From an uncultured Clostridia bacterium (GTDB taxonomy: Bacteria; Bacillota; Clostridia; Christensenellales; UBA1242), in assembly GCA_934746515.1 (NCBI GenBank), contig CAKVFH010000001.1, forward strand, positions 36,142 through 100,141: 64,000 nucleotides of DNA, in the 5' to 3' direction. The position numbers were made by a program, and so were the translations under genes. The first letter of the stretch is position 1. The number at the start of each line of letters is the position of its first letter. The notes beneath the pieces are model-generated. The model saw nothing but the letters and a program-made list of their open reading frames with translations. It was not told the DNA's origin and ran no database searches. Positions 15,001 through 21,000 of this stretch are shown here, piece after piece.

Positions 15001-18000
15001 CTTGAAAACATTCATGTTGTGTTTGATACAAACAACTATATGCTTAAAGATTCAAGCGGCTCAATTGTTGATAATCAATATATAAACAAAGTTAAGTTTG
15101 ATAGATTTGGTTATTCATTGTTGGGCTGGACTTACAACAAGGTTTATGCAAGAAACCTTAATACATCATCACCAAATTATTTGTATGATTTGGCTAATAT
15201 GTTAATAAACAATCTTGCAAACGATAGCTACATTGCTAACAATGTTAATGAAACTGAAAAAACAATAACTGTTTATGCTTGCTGGAAAGCAAACGAATAC
15301 ACAATCAACTTTAACTATAACGCTCCAACAACAGGCAACCTAACACCAAATTATTCACTTTCTAACATTGACAGCTTCTCATCAAGAAATGTTGCAAGCA
15401 TTATTGGTTCAACACTTTCAACAAGTCATAGTGAAACTATAAAAGTTACATTTGATGAAACAATAAGAATTCCAAACATTTCAAGGAATGGTTACGATTT
15501 CTTGGGTTATGCACTTGACGGAGATTTGAGCATTGCCAGAATCTTCACACCAGGAAGCAACAACACACCAATCATTCTTAATGATGAAACATATCATAAT
15601 GGATCAAATTCATTCATTTATGATAACGACTCGCCAGAAACTCTTGGCGAAAAAACACTTAATGGTTCTGTTTATTCAATAAATGTCCACGCATTATGGT
15701 CTCCAATAAAATATTCTGTGAAAATCAATGCAAACACTTCTACTGGCTCATCACTTGCATATATATTTGACATCAACACAGGAATATACCTTGTAACTCC
15801 TGCTATAGCCGATTTAGCTTACTTCATTGAATTTGATACAAACATCTGGTCAAAAGATATTTCATATTCAAACAATGATTTAACTGAATTGATTTTCGGC
15901 AGAGTGGGTTATTCTTGGTCAGGTTTATATCCAACAATTGATTGCACACTTTCAGAGCGCATGATGAATGTTGAAGGTGAAATAGCCACTAGAACTTTGG
16001 ATTCTTCACTATTTGATGACCTTGGCGAAAACATCAACTTGAGAACAAAAATCATTACAATTTATGCTGGCTGGAATGCTAAAACTTACAATGTAAACAT
16101 CAATCACAACCTATCTAACTTGGGCAATACATATAATGATGAGACAAGCAAGGTTTCATTCTTAACAAACGGCACAGCATCTGCAACATACAATAAAACT
16201 ATTTCTATTACATTTGATAGTGCGAACTGGTTGAACCTTCTCGGAAGAGATTCAGATACAATTATGGATAGATACGGCTTCGATTGGAACTATTTGTATT
16301 CAACAAGTTACTCTGCAATTGGATCAGAAATCACAAGTTCAACAACACTCAACCTATCATTGTTAAGCAATATCCTTTACGACAAACTTCTTGAAAATGT
16401 CAATCAAATTGATATTTTAAATGACTTTGACAACGAAACAGAATTTGAAGTATTTGCTCGTTGGAATGCACATATTTACACAGTTCAATTTAACTACAAT
16501 GATGCTAGATATAATGGTTCTGGCTACACCAATGCAACAACCACAAAAGGCGGAACAGAAACTGAAATAGCTCAAGAATTCAAAGTTCAACTTGGGCAGA
16601 CTTTGGCAGTTCCTGATATGTTCAGAGTCGGTTACAAATTTAAAGGTTGGATTATTGGTGACAAAGACGGAAGAATTTTGACAAGCATCACTGAAGAAGA
16701 ATATGAAACATTTAGAATTGATGACAATGGCACATTTAATTATGATTATCTCAACCTTATCGCATCAAGGCTATCAAATATGATTCCACTTTATTTCAAA
16801 AATTCTGATTCAGCTGATTTCACTAATGAAGTTTTGGGCGATGAAGATAAATCAGCAACAGAAAGAAAAATTTATGTATTTGCACTTTACTCTTCAGTTG
16901 AGTTTAAGATTCGATTTGAGCTTAACGATTCAGCTGTAAACAATGGTTCAACAAAGGCATTCTTCGAAAATGAAGGAGTATACAACTATGACACTTGCAC
17001 CGCAACCTGCACAATCAAATTTGCATCTAACAACTGGGTAGGAGTTGATGATGTTAAGATTGCAAGATTCGGTTACGATTGGACAGGTTGGTATTGCTCA
17101 TCAACCACAAACGACAGCAACTTTGTTGTATTTAAAGATAACAAGCCAATGCTTGACTATCTGTTATACACAAAACTGCAATTCGAAATTGGCGAAGATG
17201 AAGAAGATATTTACATTGTTCTATATGCTGGTTGGAAAGCTAAAAACTACACAGTGGTTTATGATGTTTCTTACACATCACCTGAAGCCGGGGGAACAAA
17301 CATTTCTAACGATTTGACACAGTTCTCAACACTTCCAACAATAACTCAAACATTTACATTTGATTCAAATGTGCCTGTTTACAAATTATCAAAGATTGGT
17401 TTTGATTTCATTGGTTGGTCATTCGATCCAGCAAAATACACCTATTCTATTGACACTGGAAAATCGACAAGAGAATCAAATCTTTCAATCATTTATCTCA
17501 ACAATGTTGAAGAAAACTTTGGAATAATCAAATTTGGTAATATGAGTTATTTTGAAAATAATCTCACGAATTACACTTATGACTCGATTGTTGATAACTC
17601 TGGAACTTCACTCATTTCATATCAAAATGACAATGAATTTATTTACTGCTTATATAACGATGAAGCATGCACCGTTCGCGAAAGTTATGCAGATGGTTCA
17701 AGCACACACTTTGTTAAACTTTATGCAGTTTGGGCTCCAAAGACTTATCAAATCACTCTTAAGTTTAATGACGCGCAAGATTCAAACAATGGCTCAACAG
17801 ATGCCTACATTTCAAAAGACCTTTGGTCATATAGTTTGCTTAACTTTGAAAACTATACAGAACAAGTTAGAAATGGAAATTCTGATTGGAAATGGTTTAT
17901 CACAATCGACAAGCCATTTGGAAAACTCACATTAAGTGAAGCACAAATTGATAGATACGGCTACACATTCATGGGTTGGTATTTATTTGATGGGGCAGAC

Positions 18001-21000
18001 GGATTGTTCGTTTCACCAAAGCAAGAAACAGCTTCAGTTCTCACAATTGACAAACTTGTTGAATATATCAATTATCTTGAAAGCCAAGGCTTGACAGCTA
18101 GCGAAAGTGAATTAGTATTGACCGCTCATTGGCAAGTTAATACTTATGAAATTTGCTATGCGACAAACCCTATTGGCGGTTCAACGACTGTTTATCAAGT
18201 TAATGAAATTCAGCAGGGCAACAGCCAAACAAAATATTTTTACAACAGCACAATGCAACAAACAATTGACTTTGATAGCAGAGCAGACTTCTCATTCATC
18301 CGCTTGGGTTACGATTTCAATGGCTACAGCTTTGTAAACTATTCAAAGTGGGAAGGTGAAACTCTCAACTACAAAAACGGCGCATCAAATATTATGCTCA
18401 ACAAAACAAATATTATCAGTTCATCAACAAACAGATGCTATTTGTATTCAGAACCAACAAGATCTGATAAACTCGATGAAGATGTTGAATTTGAAGCTTA
18501 TGGCGACAATGAAGCAAATCACTACATCGTAATTTATGTATTCTGGACAGCAATTGAATATGATATTACAGTTGCTATGAACAATTCTGGACTCTATAAT
18601 TTCAACCAAGTTGACTCTGGCTACAAAGTTAGACTTAACCAAAATATTATAGACATGCCAAAGAATTCAACAGTTTTGAATAATGGTATATTTAGTCAAC
18701 CAAATTACATTACATTTGCTGTTAAATTCGACTCTAGAATTTCAAGCGCTGTTTATAGAAACATCACAATCAACTATATGACTTTGATGGCAACGGGTTA
18801 TACTTACACCGGTCTTAACACGAATCCTGACAAGTCACTTGGTGAAGATTTGAATCTTTCACTTGAAGGTAATATTTTGAATGAAGATTTATTCTATAAA
18901 CTATTTATTTATTCTTACTCGACAGGCGATGATGGTTCACTCAATGAATATAAAACAGAACTTGGTTTGTCATTCGAGCTAAATGAAGAAGATTTGACAA
19001 TCACAAGAAATGATGATATTTATTCACAAAAGACATTCTCTCTATATGCTCAATATGAAATTAACAAATACACAATTTCTATCCAAGATCTTGATTCTTC
19101 AGATTATGGTAAAGGTTTGTATAAGCTTATAAACAGCAAAGAGTATGACAATAGCATTACAGATTTGAGTGAAGGTAAGGTTGAAAACTTGAATGTTGAA
19201 TTCTTCTCGAATGAATATGCTATCATGCTTCCATCTAGCGGTGGTAAATATGTGTCAAAGATTTACTTGTCATACACAACAGACTTTGATGCAACACAGA
19301 GAATTTTATCATTCACATTGAGCCTTGACCAAACAACACATATTCTTACATTTGAAGGCAATAAGACAGATTACGAAGCACTAAATTATGTGTTTAACGG
19401 ACTTGAACTTATTTGCGGGGAATATTCAAATAATGTATTCAATATCAATGACGACACAATTTCAACGACAATTAACTATGCTGATTTCGTTGGCGGTTAT
19501 TCATATTTGGCTTTGAAGTTTACAAACATCAAAACAAATATCAAGATTGCCTGCGAATACTCAACACAACAGTATGAAGTTAATATCAAGAAAGTTGTTA
19601 TCAATGATATTACAGACCCAACGGATCCAACAGGTGTTGCAACAGTATTTGTTGATTATGGTCAATATACTCTTTCTGATATCATGACTCTTTACACCGA
19701 CCAAGAATACGAAACAAGCCCTGTATGGTTCTATAACGAAGCTGTTGCTGGAAATGAAATTCCAACAGGAGATTATACAAAATATATCACTCATGCACTT
19801 GTGCTTGTGGCTAGATATAATTTGTCTGACAGTTTTGAATCAAAGAGTGTTAAGTTCTACACCTGGAACGATGGTGCAAGTTCATACAAACTCTACGATT
19901 CAGGCAAAGATTACATCTTCCAAGGCATTTCTGTAAGCGTCAATATTCTCGATAACTCAACAACCATCAACCACTATGGTGCTATGAAGACCTTAAATGG
20001 TTCTAACTATAGTTGGACATGGGCTGATTCACCAAAATCAAACTTCTCATTCAAATTCAATGCTTCTGACAGCGATTGGCTTGATTCGGGCGGTATTCCA
20101 CAAACAAATAAATATTCTTCAATCTATGCAGCAAGATTAAAGAGTATTCCACAACTCAATTTCGCTTATGGTGAAACATTTGCGGTTGGTTACATTTGTT
20201 TGAATGCTGAACAACTTTTAAGCAAAATCAACTCTGTTTTAAGTGAAAATGAAAAATATACTTATTCAACAATCTTGAATGTATTTGAAGAAAATATTTA
20301 CTGGTCAGTTCTTGATATTGTTGATGATGTTGCTCAAATTAAATTTATGGGCGATTCATCAAGCAAGCTTTACGGAAAAATCATACAAGCTCCAATTCTT
20401 ACAACTGAAACTGAAATTCAATCAAATGTTTATGCAATCCAAGCATATTCAGATGTATCATTCTCAATCACAGAAGATGCTAGACAATTCTTCACAACAA
20501 CAGAAGACACTCTTAATGTTGAAGTTAAGAACTTCCAAGATACAATTTCTTACTTCGAACCTAACTCTGATGTAATCAAATATTACAACAAGAACGAATT
20601 AAGATATGTTGTATTAAATGAATCTGAATTTAATGCTTACAACTATTATCGTTCACTTGGACTTTCAATTGAAACTGCACTTTCAAAAGTCATTGAGAAC
20701 TTTAATATTACATCAGCAAAAATTCAATCTAGCATTGATATTTCGAGTGGCTATGTGTTCTTCTATTTCAACAAGATGCCGGATTATGATGTTCATTCAA
20801 TCGTTGCTGTTTGTGAAAACTTCATCAAGAAGAACGCAAGCGCAATTGAATTCTATCCAACATCAAACAGATTCTCATTCACTGAAATTTCAATTTCTTC
20901 AAGCACAAACACTGTTGATAATAAAGAAGAAATTTCAATTATCATCAACAAAAACTTGATGAATACTGATTATGAAACAGGAAGCACTAAAGATACTAAT

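Larger units (their letters stand above)
5335..19080 (+). repeat. Array of 26 Flg_new-like modules in ORF1, defined by the G-Y-x-[FW]-x-G-[WY] motif
   Basis: In-frame motif starts are at 5506, 6184, 6865, 7408, 8212, 8938, 9583, 10159, 11077, 11776, 12172, 12652, 13144, 13690, 14245, 14644, 15109, 15490, 15907, 16276, 16630, 17071, 17398, 17959, 18307 and 18796. Spacing is 109-306 aa, larger than a minimal ~70-aa B-repeat, so the modules carry inserts. The copies are divergent at nucleotide level and are not recent duplications. Confidence 0.8.
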
